DNA of 32,000 nt from Desulfocapsa sulfexigens DSM 10523 (GTDB taxonomy: Bacteria > Desulfobacterota > Desulfobulbia > Desulfobulbales > Desulfocapsaceae). Position 1 is the first letter of the stretch; each line of letters begins with the position of its first letter. The position numbers and the translations under genes are program-made. The notes beneath the pieces were generated by a model. That model did no database searches. It was given only the letters and a program-made list of their open reading frames with translations, and was not told where the DNA came from. This document shows positions 1-9,488 of this stretch, piece by piece. The DNA lies in assembly GCF_000341395.1 (NCBI RefSeq), contig NC_020304.1:390001-422000 (forward strand), written 5' to 3'.

Positions 1-1
1 C

Positions 2-460
2 ATGCTCGAAGCATTTCAGGCAAAAACCACCCCTAATTTTGTTAACAGTATCGGATTCATTGACGGCCATCTCACCCACGATGGCCGACTCCACCCTCTT
101 TTCAAAGGTTTTGATCCAACATTTTCTCTTTTCAAATGGCATACCCATGCCATCCAGACACCGGTGCCACCAAATTACATCCTGCTTGCCACTTCAAGCG
201 ACTGCGTTGTTGAAGCATTCACCATTAAGGGCAGGCCACATATTATTGGATTGCAGTTCGACAATCATGCCGCACACCCCGATGATATTCGCCGCTGGTT
301 ACAGAGCGACAAGGACTGGCTGAACAGTTTGTCCCTAGGCAAAACGTACGGTGACGAGCTCTTAAAAGACGCAGAACGCTCTCGTAAAAAAAATCAGCAA
401 ATATTCACCAAACTAATCAGTAATTTTATATCACAGATCAAGGACACAAAGAGAAATTGA
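2..460 (+). CDS. Class I glutamine amidotransferase-like protein, C-terminal part (5' end outside window)
   Basis: The ORF is open at the window start. The stretch WHTHAIQ...LATSSDCVVEAFTIKGRPHIIGLQFDNH resembles the C-terminal half of GuaA-like GATase1 proteins (WH.D ... G.QFHPE region), but the usual HPE reads DNH here. The family call is by eye only. Confidence 0.4.
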   Translation: MLEAFQAKTTPNFVNSIGFIDGHLTHDGRLHPLFKGFDPTFSLFKWHTHAIQTPVPPNYILLATSSDCVVEAFTIKGRPHIIGLQFDNHAAHPDDIRRWLQSDKDWLNSLSLGKTYGDELLKDAERSRKKNQQIFTKLISNFISQIKDTKRN

Positions 461-503
461 GCAGTATTGACTGTGTATCCAAAAGCTAATCAAAATTATT
501 ACG

Positions 504-1637
504 ATGAACAAAAGCAAGCGAAAGCCAACAAAGATAATCGACACAACACTGAGAGAAGGAGAACAAACCCCTGGCGTTTATTTTGATCTCAGCGTGAAGA
601 AGCAGATAACCAGAGGACTTGCAGACATTGGTGTTGACGAGATCGAAATTGGCATTGCCAACAAAGCAAACACTGACCTCGGAGCACTTGCAGAATTCAT
701 TCGTACCACATACCCACATCAGTCCTTTTCTCTGTGGGCCCGATGCATGGAAGCAGATATTGACCATGGAGCCTCTCTGCGCCCGAGCTGCCTTTCTTTA
801 TCTATTCCGGCATCGGATCTTCATCTCAATAAAAAACTCGGCAAAGACAGGACATGGGCTCTAAAACAACTGAAACGCTCCATCCAACAGGCGCTATCAG
901 CAGGAGTACCAAAAGTCGCGCTGGGTCTTGAAGATGCCAGCCGGGCGGATATTTCCTTCCTCAGGGAACTGGCACAGGCAGCAGAGGAAGCCGGAGCTTT
1001 CCGTCTGCGCCTCGCTGACACGGTGGGTATCTGCACCCCTAGCACTATTGTCCAACTGCTTGAGGTGATGAGTGGACTGAAGCTGGAGTTGGCTGTGCAC
1101 TGTCATAACGATTTCGGAATGGCTACGGCCAATACAATTACAGCCCTGGAGAATGGGGCCATCTGGGGAGATACCACCCTGCTGGGACTTGGTGAGCGAG
1201 CTGGAAACAGCCGTCTCGAAGAAGTTATTGCCTTTTTTGTTCTGCAAAAAAAAACAGGGCATTACAATCTTGCAGGCCTTTCCGAATTAAGCAGGATGGT
1301 GGCCAGGGAGAGCGGACAGGAGATACCACCATTTCGTCCTATTATTGGGAATGCTCTTTTCTTCTGCGAAACCGGTATTCATCTCCAGGGAATTTTCGCA
1401 GACCCAACCACCTATGAACCTTTTTCCCCTGAGACCATCGGTGCCTCGCGCACACTTCTCATCGGCCGCCAGGCAGGGCGACGCAGCATTCTTGCCACTC
1501 TCAGCAGGCTTGGTCTGACAGCGCCCGACGAACCCGAACTTGCTCGCCTTACTCAGCAAATACGTTCACTGGCCATCAGCCGGAGACGCCCCCTGGGAGA
1601 CCACGAAATTTTAGAGTTGCTGAATTCTCAAGCCTGA
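504..1637 (+). CDS. nifV: Homocitrate synthase NifV
   Basis: 377 aa with HMGL-like/DRE-TIM motifs (IIDTTLREGEQTPGV, HCHNDFGMATANTITALENGA, GLGERAGN). It lacks the LeuA C-terminal regulatory domain and sits in a nif cluster. An AT-rich leader with an ATG follows the upstream stop by 43 nt. Confidence 0.85.
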   Translation: MNKSKRKPTKIIDTTLREGEQTPGVYFDLSVKKQITRGLADIGVDEIEIGIANKANTDLGALAEFIRTTYPHQSFSLWARCMEADIDHGASLRPSCLSLSIPASDLHLNKKLGKDRTWALKQLKRSIQQALSAGVPKVALGLEDASRADISFLRELAQAAEEAGAFRLRLADTVGICTPSTIVQLLEVMSGLKLELAVHCHNDFGMATANTITALENGAIWGDTTLLGLGERAGNSRLEEVIAFFVLQKKTGHYNLAGLSELSRMVARESGQEIPPFRPIIGNALFFCETGIHLQGIFADPTTYEPFSPETIGASRTLLIGRQAGRRSILATLSRLGLTAPDEPELARLTQQIRSLAISRRRPLGDHEILELLNSQA

Positions 1638-1673
1638 GCCAGCTCTTCAGGACGGAGGCTTTTCCACTTTTTG

Positions 1674-1892
1674 TTATTTTTTGGCGGCAATTTTCCGTGG
1701 AAGCGTGCCAGCCAGTTGGTGCACAGGAGCACCGTTTTTCATCTGGGCGTAGAGCTTCCCAGATGAGCCAAATACGGACTGGATTCTGACATTACATTTT
1801 GCTGTAAATTGAGGCGCTCTTACCTCAAGAGCATTAATGAAATTTGCCGCCACCGCCACTTGCAGAGATGGGGAATTTTCGGCCAATAGCAA
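1674..1892 (-). pseudogene. Relic N-terminal fragment of a ModA-like periplasmic molybdate-binding protein
   Basis: The 72-codon frame reads ...LQVAVAANFINALEVRAPQFTAKCNVRIQSVFGSSGKLYAQMKNGAP. This matches the ModA N-terminal signature (FGSSG.L..QI..GAP). A signal-peptide-like stretch (KIRILIVFLLFYPSLLLA) lies in frame upstream but has no ATG. After GAP the frame diverges and stops, and neither of the other two frames continues ModA-like sequence. Full-length ModA is about 250 aa. Confidence 0.45.
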
Positions 1893-1957
1893 AGAGGGAT
1901 AGAAAAGAAGAAAAACAATGAGAATTCTGATCTTGAAAAACCTCGTGTGGCCACTCT

Positions 1958-3565
1958 TTATTCTGCCTGAGCGAAAGCGGGTTTTGATAGGTTGAATTTT
2001 TTAATACGATACCCCATCTGGCGCTGGGTGAGACCAAGCTCCCTTGCTGCCCGCGCCTGTACCCAGCCGTTTCGGCGAAGCGAGGCCTCGATTTCCAATC
2101 GCTCCAGATCTTTCAGTGAATTGTGAGTTGATAGTGGCTTCCCTGCCGGCTTTGTGAGAACTCCTCTCGCCTGCGGGCTGGGTGCGGACAACCCTATCAA
2201 ATGCACATTAAGAGCTTCTGGCTGTATGGTCTCTTTGTCGGCCAGTATCACCAGCCTCTCGATCAGATTTTGCAATTCTCGAACATTCCCTGGCCATTCA
2301 TAGGTTGTGAGAAAGTCGAGGGAAGCATCTGCAAGTTTCACCTTCCTGTTATTTCTCTCATTACTTGAACGGAGAAAGTGATCGATAAGCAGCGGTATGT
2401 CGTGTCGTCTTTCACGAAGCGCTGGAAGCTGAATGGGCACAACGTTTAACCGATAATAAAGGTCGGCACGGAACAGCCCCTGGTCTACGCTACTCTGGAG
2501 GTCAACGTTGGTGGCGGCAATAATCCTGACATCAACGGCGAGTGTGCGGGTGCCACCGATTCGCTCAAACTTCTGTTCCTGTAACACCCGTAGCAGTTTT
2601 GCCTGAAGGAGAATGGGAAGTTCACCGATCTCGTCAAGAAAAATAGTGCCGCCATCGGCCAGTTCAAACCTGCCGGGTTTTGCTGTCGTAGCTCCGGTAA
2701 AGGCCCCCTTGTCGTGTCCCAGGAGTTCGCTTTCCAGAAGATTTTCAGGAAGCGCAGCACAGTTGACCTTGATATAGGGTTTGTCTCTTCGTGTACTGGT
2801 TTCATGGAGGGCACGTGCTACCAACTCTTTTCCGGTGCCAGATTCTCCAAGGAGGAGAACTGTGGCCCGACTGGGTGCTATTTTCTCAACAAGTCGGTAA
2901 ACTTCCTGCATGGCAGGCGAATTGCCAATAATGTAATGACGATTAAAACGACTGTGCAACTCAGCCTTCAGAGATTTGTTTTCTTCGACCAGTTTTTCTT
3001 CTTTTTGGGAAATGGCGTGGTGGAGCATCAAAAACTGGCCGATGAGGGTGGCCAGAATTTCAAGAAAGCTCATATCTTCCTCAAAAGAGACATCGGGCCC
3101 GAAGAGGTGATCCACAGTGAGCACACCAACGGTGTTTTTTTCAACCTTGACAGGCACCCCGAGAAAGGAGAGCTTCTCTTTTCTGATCTGGCTCCTGGCT
3201 CCGGTGCGATTCAGAAACAGGGGTTCACTGTCAATGTCGGGCACGACACATGGAGAGCCGGACTGAAAAATCTGCCCGCATATCCCTTCAGAAAGACCAT
3301 ATATGCCTCGACGCTCTTCTTCTATACTGAGGCCATAAGAGGCTCTGATGGATAATCGCTGCCTGTTGGGGTCAAGAAGAACAAGGGTGGCCCGCTCCAT
3401 GTGGAGAATATCGTGAAGTACCTTCAGGATTCTACTGAGAGTGGTGTCAAAATGGACTGCGTCACCAATAAGCTTACAGACCTCCGAGAGGGCTCGAATC
3501 TTCAGGATCTCCAGGTGGCATGTTACTGGTGGCGCCGCATCTTTAAATGTCTTCTCCATGTGCAA
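1958..3565 (-). CDS. nifA: Sigma-54-dependent transcriptional activator NifA (GAF - AAA+ - Fis-type HTH)
   Basis: 535 aa. It has an N-terminal GAF-like domain, Walker A GESGTGKE, the sigma-54 contact motif GAFTGA (HDKGAFTGA), [13 protein letters not shown], and a C-terminal HTH ([18 protein letters not shown]). TGT-N10-ACA sites lie upstream of sigma-54 promoters elsewhere in the window. Confidence 0.85.
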   Translation of the reverse strand: MHMEKTFKDAAPPVTCHLEILKIRALSEVCKLIGDAVHFDTTLSRILKVLHDILHMERATLVLLDPNRQRLSIRASYGLSIEEERRGIYGLSEGICGQIFQSGSPCVVPDIDSEPLFLNRTGARSQIRKEKLSFLGVPVKVEKNTVGVLTVDHLFGPDVSFEEDMSFLEILATLIGQFLMLHHAISQKEEKLVEENKSLKAELHSRFNRHYIIGNSPAMQEVYRLVEKIAPSRATVLLLGESGTGKELVARALHETSTRRDKPYIKVNCAALPENLLESELLGHDKGAFTGATTAKPGRFELADGGTIFLDEIGELPILLQAKLLRVLQEQKFERIGGTRTLAVDVRIIAATNVDLQSSVDQGLFRADLYYRLNVVPIQLPALRERRHDIPLLIDHFLRSSNERNNRKVKLADASLDFLTTYEWPGNVRELQNLIERLVILADKETIQPEALNVHLIGLSAPSPQARGVLTKPAGKPLSTHNSLKDLERLEIEASLRRNGWVQARAARELGLTQRQMGYRIKKFNLSKPAFAQAE

Positions 3566-3633
3566 CCTCTTGTATTGGCCGTAATACGAATCTTGCTGTT
3601 TACTGCCTGGACAGTATATTTTTTACATTGAAT

Positions 3634-3649
3634 TGCAAAAAACATACCA
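3634..3649 (-). promoter_or_regulatory. Candidate sigma-54 (-24/-12) promoter upstream of nifA
   Basis: The minus strand reads TGGTATGTTTTTTGCA, with GG-N10-GC spacing, about 70 nt upstream of the nifA ATG at 3565. The -24 element is degenerate (TGGTAT against TGGCAC). Confidence 0.3.
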
Positions 3650-3753
3650 TGCTGAAAATGCGCTCTTTCACGGGCCGCTTTGTAGGAAAAGTTACAAAAT
3701 TGAACACTAGCTACTTTTTGTTTGCACGGATTTGTTAATTGTTTACCCCTCAG

Positions 3754-4593
3754 TCATGATGCGGTAACGCTCAGCTCGAGGTTGGATACCATCATGCTCT
3801 TCCCCTCACCACGAAAGCTTCCTGAAACCGGAGCTGCAGAGTCGGCCCTTGGCCCCGCAGCCAGTGCCACGTGACGATCAGCTATTGCAAGTCCAACGGT
3901 GGGATCAAAGCCCTTCCAGCCGGCTCCGGGTAAGTAAACCTCAGCCCAGGCATGCAGGTAATTTTTACTATTTGGAAAACCTTCATGATAGCCGCTGACA
4001 AAGCGGGATCCAATCCCCTGGCTACGGCAACATGCCATGAACAGCCAGGTCAGGTCACGGCAGGCCCCCCTGCGTTCACGCAGTGTCTTTGAAGGTTCAT
4101 ACGGAGGACCTTCCTCGCGTAAAATCACCACGCATGTTGCGTAAAGCCGTTCGTTGAGTAACTGGAGGAAAGTCAGGGTGTCCCAGTTCGCTTCAGCAGC
4201 AATCTGATTGGAAAAAGTTGCCACCTCAGGCTCAGTGGTATCGGAAAGATATGGTTTAACAGTTGACAGGCATCTCCCTTCCCTGCTCAGCGGTAGGCGA
4301 GTCGCCTCCTCTTTGAGAAGAAATGCGAACGGATTGGTACAAAAGGTGACCACTTTGCTGTTCACCGTAACTACAAAACAATCAGTCATACCATTAAACC
4401 AGGCAACATGTTCCATATTGCCATCAAGGTCACGGCACTCAGTTAATCCGGCCGGATGCGGGCTGATATCAATGGTAAAATTAAGCAGCTGCTGCATTCC
4501 ATTGGTTCGCGGTTTGAGTCTGATGGTCTGAGGTTCAAGAAAAACAGGGTTCTCGTATCGATATGTTGTAGTGTGGGTTGCGGAAAATATCAT
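3754..4593 (-). CDS. Transglutaminase-like family protein (Bact_transglu_N + transglutaminase core)
   Basis: 279 aa. The N-terminus THTTTYRYENPVFLEPQTIRLKPR is typical of the bacterial transglutaminase N-domain. A Cys-His-Asp core is present: GACRDLTWLFMACCRSQGIGSRFVSGY ... HAWAEVYLPGAGWKGFDPT. An AGGAGA RBS precedes the ATG. Confidence 0.8.
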   Translation of the reverse strand: MIFSATHTTTYRYENPVFLEPQTIRLKPRTNGMQQLLNFTIDISPHPAGLTECRDLDGNMEHVAWFNGMTDCFVVTVNSKVVTFCTNPFAFLLKEEATRLPLSREGRCLSTVKPYLSDTTEPEVATFSNQIAAEANWDTLTFLQLLNERLYATCVVILREEGPPYEPSKTLRERRGACRDLTWLFMACCRSQGIGSRFVSGYHEGFPNSKNYLHAWAEVYLPGAGWKGFDPTVGLAIADRHVALAAGPRADSAAPVSGSFRGEGKSMMVSNLELSVTAS

Positions 4594-4703
4594 ATCAGTT
4601 CTCCTGGTTCATTATACATATCGGTCAGTGGATGCAGAGACAGTTCAACCATGCACTTGCCTTGAGTGGGAAAGAGTTCTACTACAGGCACTCCTCGACG
4701 TCA

Positions 4704-5534
4704 TCACAGTCCGGCCAGCCAGGCCAGAAGCACCTTTTTTTTAATTCTGACGTGAAGATCCGCCCTGATCTTGGCCTCCATACTTTCCCGTGTCAGTTTT
4801 TCAGCCGCTATAATTTTTTCACAGCGCAACACATGAAACCCCATATTAGACTCAACTATCTCGCTTATCTCTCCAGCTTCCATTTTAAAAAGAGTCTCCT
4901 CCAGGCTGGGATAAATTTGGCCTCGAGAGACTGGACTAATACTTCCCCCCTTCAAGGCTGAAGGACACTCGGAATAGCGCAGTGCCAGTTCACTGAAATC
5001 CACATCTGAAGACAGGGCTTTCTCACGTACTTTTGTTATTCTCACCAGGGCTGCCCGGCGGCTGTTATCAGGAAACTGGTCATTAATGGTTACCAGGATA
5101 TGACGCAGGCACCTTTGTTCCGGTTTTTCATCAACTGCAGATGTAAGTATTTCGGCTACCTGTTCCTTACCAGGAGGTTCAGCACGATCTGCAACCAGAG
5201 ACATGGTCGCGTCTACGGCAAGGTCTGCCTCAAGGGCCTTGGCCATGGTTTCATTATCCAGATTATTTATCCTCAGATCCTGCTCAAAAGCATCAACTGA
5301 TTCATAGCGACTGGCAATTTTTGCCATTGCCTCCTTAATGGATCTTGCTGGGACAACCACCTCCATACCTTCTTTGCTTTTTAAAATCTTTTTCTGCAGA
5401 GTGCACTCATCTTCTGCCCGTTTTCTCACAGCTCTCAAGGAATGAGAATCGAGTTTGTGGGGTGCACAGTGAAACATCTGCAGGGAAAATTTAAGCATAC
5501 TATAAGAGAGTAATGGCTGTACCATAAATATCAC
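4704..5534 (-). CDS. nifM: NifM-like parvulin-type peptidyl-prolyl cis-trans isomerase
   Basis: 276 aa. The C-terminal parvulin domain carries the NifM-like pattern RHILVTI ... FSELALRYSECPSALKGGSISPVSRGQIYPSLEETLF ... ESNMGFHVLRCEKI. The gene is divergent from nifH and has its own sigma-54-like promoter. Confidence 0.65.
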   Translation of the reverse strand: MIFMVQPLLSYSMLKFSLQMFHCAPHKLDSHSLRAVRKRAEDECTLQKKILKSKEGMEVVVPARSIKEAMAKIASRYESVDAFEQDLRINNLDNETMAKALEADLAVDATMSLVADRAEPPGKEQVAEILTSAVDEKPEQRCLRHILVTINDQFPDNSRRAALVRITKVREKALSSDVDFSELALRYSECPSALKGGSISPVSRGQIYPSLEETLFKMEAGEISEIVESNMGFHVLRCEKIIAAEKLTRESMEAKIRADLHVRIKKKVLLAWLAGL

Positions 5535-5578
5535 CTTGCAATGGAAATGGTTGTGTATCTACCTGTTTGTATCACTAT

Positions 5579-5593
5579 GCAAGATTGTGACCA
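5579..5593 (-). promoter_or_regulatory. Candidate sigma-54 promoter for the nifM-like gene
   Basis: The minus strand reads TGGTCACAATCTTGC (GG-N10-GC), about 45 nt upstream of the ATG at 5534. A perfect TGT-N10-ACA site lies about 96 bp further upstream on that strand. Confidence 0.4.
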
Positions 5594-5679
5594 TCTGTTT
5601 TAATCTCTTTCACCCACCTCCACTCCCTTTCCCTTTTCAACAGGTGTTATTTGTCAATTTTCGCTGTCATGAGGGGCGT

Positions 5680-5695
5680 TGTCCACACAGGGACA
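5680..5695. promoter_or_regulatory. NifA upstream activator sequence (TGT-N10-ACA)
   Basis: TGTCCACACAGGGACA is an exact match to the TGT-N10-ACA consensus. Its centre is about 96 bp from the -24 GG of the minus-strand promoter and about 218 bp from the nifH -24 GG. Confidence 0.55.
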
Positions 5696-5799
5696 CGCTG
5701 TTCAGCAGCTAGCCTTTTTATATCACATCGAAAAAATGCCCCTGCCATTGTTTTACCAAGCGTCGAAGGTACTACCATTTTGTAGAGTTTTTTCCAAAA

Positions 5800-5815
5800 T
5801 GTAAACAACCTCACC
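5800..5815. promoter_or_regulatory. Degenerate NifA UAS-like site upstream of nifH (TGT-N10-ACC)
   Basis: TGTAAACAACCTCACC has one mismatch to the consensus. Its centre is about 98 bp upstream of the nifH -24 GG, the same spacing as the perfect sites at the nifE and nifM-like promoters. Confidence 0.3.
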
Positions 5816-5903
5816 AAAAAGGTAGCTTCTCCCTTGAAGAGAACCCTTCCCTCCTCCTAGCATAACCACCTGTTATCAAGGAACATAAATGAATTTAATT
5901 TTC

Positions 5904-5918
5904 TGGCACACGCTTTGA
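5904..5918 (+). promoter_or_regulatory. Sigma-54 (-24/-12) promoter of the nifH operon
   Basis: TGGCACACGCTTTGA: the -24 TGGCAC is exact, the spacing is right, and the -12 is TTGA instead of TTGC. It lies about 120 nt upstream of the nifH ATG. Confidence 0.65.
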
Positions 5919-6016
5919 ATAGTCATCACTGAAACGAATCAACTACGGGGAGGACTTTAAAGACCAGCCTCGAATAAATAATACGGCTGTTGTTGCACAA
6001 GAAGCCAGCCGGCTAA

Positions 6017-6868
<852 letters not shown>

Positions 6869-6951
6869 GGCGTCTCAGAAAAAACACTTTTAAAAATTAT
6901 TAAAACATACCGGCATGATACGAGAGATGCCGAAAAGTTGGAGATACAGTT

Positions 6952-7308
6952 ATGATGATAATGATTCGCTCAATTATTCGACCTGAAAAAGCAGATGCCG
7001 TTATGGCGGCACTCATGGATGCAGGCTTTCCTGCAGTTACAAAATATGCAGTGGCGGGCCGTGGAAAACAGCGCGGTATCAAAATTGGTGACATCACCTA
7101 TGACGAACTCCCCAAGGTGATGTTGATGAGTGTGGTGAATGCAGAAGAAAAGGAATTCGTCATTGATACCATCATGAACACAGCACGTTCAAAGGGCAAG
7201 GGTGCCTTTGGTGACGGGAAGATTTTTGTAAGTGATGTGGAGGAGTCCTACACTATCAGTTCCGGTACAAAAGAAACTGCAGCCGCATCTGAGGGGGTAC
7301 CGGCATGA
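6952..7308 (+). CDS. nifI1: PII-like nitrogenase regulator NifI1
   Basis: GlnB-family fold (IRSIIRPEKADAVMAALMDAGFPAVTKYAVAGRGKQRG T-loop). It sits in the canonical position directly after nifH. The start among the ATGATGATAATG cluster is uncertain by a few codons. Confidence 0.85.
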   Translation: MMIMIRSIIRPEKADAVMAALMDAGFPAVTKYAVAGRGKQRGIKIGDITYDELPKVMLMSVVNAEEKEFVIDTIMNTARSKGKGAFGDGKIFVSDVEESYTISSGTKETAAASEGVPA

Positions 7309-7679
7309 AAGAGGTAATCGCTATTGTGCGTATAAATATGATGAATCAGACAAAGCGGGCTCTCACTGATTGTGGTGTCGACGCCTTCTTTGCCCATGAG
7401 GCCCATGGCCGAGGGAAGGGATTCGTTAATCCCAGGATTCTCGAAGGAGTAGAGCATGGCTACGAGGAAGCCGCCTCCCTCCTCGGAGAAAAAGGGAAAC
7501 TCTATCCCAAACGTTTACTCACGGCCGTGGTGGAAGACAGCATGGTTGGCTGTGTGGTGGACACGATCATCAACACAAATCAGACCGGCATGCCCGGTGA
7601 CGGGAAAGTGTTTGTTTTGCCCCTTAAAAATGCTATCCGGGTACGAACAGGTGAGACGGGCGAAAAAGCCATTGTTTGA
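7305..7679 (+). CDS. nifI2: PII-like nitrogenase regulator NifI2
   Basis: Second GlnB-like paralogue (EVIAIVRINMMNQTKRAL ... GRGKG ... PGDGKVFVLPL) with the longer T-loop typical of NifI2. Its ATGA start overlaps the nifI1 stop. Confidence 0.85.
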   Translation: MKEVIAIVRINMMNQTKRALTDCGVDAFFAHEAHGRGKGFVNPRILEGVEHGYEEAASLLGEKGKLYPKRLLTAVVEDSMVGCVVDTIINTNQTGMPGDGKVFVLPLKNAIRVRTGETGEKAIV

Positions 7680-7735
7680 TTTCAGGCTTTTCAAATAATA
7701 AACAACAAGAAAGCCTAACCAGAAGGAGTGCTGAA

Positions 7736-9376
7736 ATGGTAACAGCGACTAAGAAAAAAATGGTGCAGTGGGATCCTGCCGATGTCAAAGCGGAATTGAT
7801 TAAAAAGTATCCGCCCAAGGTAGCCCGTAAACGCGCCAAGCAAATAATGATTAACGAGGCATTGGAGAACGAAACGCCTGAAATTACGGCTAATGTCCGC
7901 ACAACTCCAGGTATTATCACTATGCGTGGCTGTACCTATGCCGGGTGCAAGGGCGTTATCATGGGTCCAACTCGGGATATCGTCAACCTGGTACATGGCC
8001 CCATCGGGTGCAGTTTTTATGCCTGGCTGACCCGCCGCAACCAGACCGATGCAGGTCCGGATGGAGACAACTTTATAAATTATTGTTTTTCAACTGACAT
8101 GCAGGAGCAGGACATCATCTTTGGTGGGGAAAAGAAGCTGGCAGCAGCAGTGCAGGAGATTTATGACCTCATGCATCCTAAATCCATAGCAATATTTGCA
8201 ACCTGCCCCGTGGGTTTGATCGGTGATGATATTCACACCGTAGCCAAGAACATGAAGGATAAGTTGGGTGACTGTAATGTCTACGCCTTTTCCTGTGAAG
8301 GCTACAAAGGGGTGAGCCAGTCTGCAGGTCACCACATTGCCAACAACCAGGTGTTCAGACACATTGTCGGTGAAAATGATACCCCAACAGAAGGCGAGTT
8401 TAAAATTAACCTTTTAGGTGAATACAATATCGGTGGCGATGGCTTTGAGATTGACCGTATCTTTAAAAAATGCGGTATCACTAACATTGCAACCTTTTCC
8501 GGTAACTCAACCTATGACCAGTTTGCCACGGCTCATCAGGCTGATCTGAACGCGGTGATGTGTCATCGCTCCATTAACTACGTAGCGGATATGCTGGAAA
8601 CCAAATTCGGTATTCCATGGATAAAAGTAAACTTTATAGGGGCGAATGCCACAGCCAAATCTCTGAGAAAAATTGCTGCCTATTTTGAAGACCAGGCGCT
8701 CATAGACCGGGTTGAAGCAGTGATCAAGGAAGAAATGCCCGAGGTTGAGACTGCTGTTGCCGATATACGAAGTCGTACGGAAGGCAAAACCGCCATGCTT
8801 TTTGTTGGTGGTTCCAGGGCTCACCATTACCAGGAACTTTTCAAGGAAGTGGGGATGAAAATCATTTCAGCCGGTTACGAATTTGCCCACCGCGATGATT
8901 ATGAAGGACGCCAAGTACTACCAAATCTGAAGGTAGATGCAGACAGTAGGAATATTGAAGAAATTGAGGTTGAGGCTGATGCAACCCGCTTTAAGCCACG
9001 CAAAACACCTGTGCAACTGGTAGCGCTGGAAGATGCCGGAGTGAAGTTCAAGCATTATGACGGACTGGCACCTGATATGGAAGAAGGCACTCTGATTATC
9101 GATGACCTGAATCAGTATGAGGCCGAAAAACTGGTGGAGATCATGAAACCGGATATTTTCTGTGCCGGAATCAAAGAAAAGTTTTCCATTATGAAACTGG
9201 GTGTGCCGATGAAACAACTGCACAGCTACGACTCCGGCGGCCCCTATGCCGGATTCCAGGGCGCCATTAACTTCTATCATGAGATTGACAGGCTGACCAG
9301 CTCCAAAGTCTGGACCTACCTGAAAGCTCCCTGGCAGGAGAGCCCCGAACTCACTGCCGCCTACGTATGGGAATAA
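7736..9376 (+). CDS. nifD: Nitrogenase MoFe protein alpha chain NifD (anaerobe type with about 50-aa insertion)
   Basis: P-cluster and FeMo-co ligand contexts are present: CTYAGCKGV, HGPIGC, TCPVGLIGDD, SQSAGHHIAN, MCHRSINY, LHSYD. The start is placed at ATG 7736, which follows GAAGGAG. The longer ORF from 7676 has no RBS and overlaps nifI2. Confidence 0.95.
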   Translation: MVTATKKKMVQWDPADVKAELIKKYPPKVARKRAKQIMINEALENETPEITANVRTTPGIITMRGCTYAGCKGVIMGPTRDIVNLVHGPIGCSFYAWLTRRNQTDAGPDGDNFINYCFSTDMQEQDIIFGGEKKLAAAVQEIYDLMHPKSIAIFATCPVGLIGDDIHTVAKNMKDKLGDCNVYAFSCEGYKGVSQSAGHHIANNQVFRHIVGENDTPTEGEFKINLLGEYNIGGDGFEIDRIFKKCGITNIATFSGNSTYDQFATAHQADLNAVMCHRSINYVADMLETKFGIPWIKVNFIGANATAKSLRKIAAYFEDQALIDRVEAVIKEEMPEVETAVADIRSRTEGKTAMLFVGGSRAHHYQELFKEVGMKIISAGYEFAHRDDYEGRQVLPNLKVDADSRNIEEIEVEADATRFKPRKTPVQLVALEDAGVKFKHYDGLAPDMEEGTLIIDDLNQYEAEKLVEIMKPDIFCAGIKEKFSIMKLGVPMKQLHSYDSGGPYAGFQGAINFYHEIDRLTSSKVWTYLKAPWQESPELTAAYVWE

Positions 9377-9488
9377 ACTGAGACTGAAGGTGGAAGGTGC
9401 ACAGGCTGAAGGGGAACAGACAAAAGATCTGTCCAGCATTCAGTCTTCACTCTTCAGCCGGATCACCTACTCTAAGAGGTATAAACAA

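Noticed and set aside
2714-3355. Long antisense or shadow ORFs inside recognised genes: 2714-3355(+), 8918-9439(-), 9914-10399(-), 11357-11839(-), 11984-12373(-), 12994-13623(-), 13424-14020(-), 20334-20666(+), 21555-22175(+), 23770-24360(+), 31454-31945(+)
   Set aside because: Each lies entirely opposite or out of frame to a gene with clear family motifs. Their products are low-complexity or have no motifs, and they lack an RBS. They are typical shadow ORFs.
6911-6932. Hairpin after nifH (CGGCAT-N10-ATGCCG) as an attenuator or terminator
   Set aside because: The stem is only 6 bp and no T-tract follows. It is too weak to call and may at most be a minor RNA stability element.
7676-7735. Longer N-terminal extension of nifD (ORF-track start at 7676)
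   Set aside because: The extension has no RBS and overlaps the nifI2 stop. The extra residues (MISGFSNNKQQESL...) are not NifD-like. ATG 7736 follows a strong GAAGGAG.
9390-9488. Longer N-terminal extension of nifK from GTG 9390
   Set aside because: The extension lies in the structured spacer, has no RBS and is not NifK-like. ATG 9489 has an AAGAGG RBS and gives the short N-terminus typical of this nitrogenase type.
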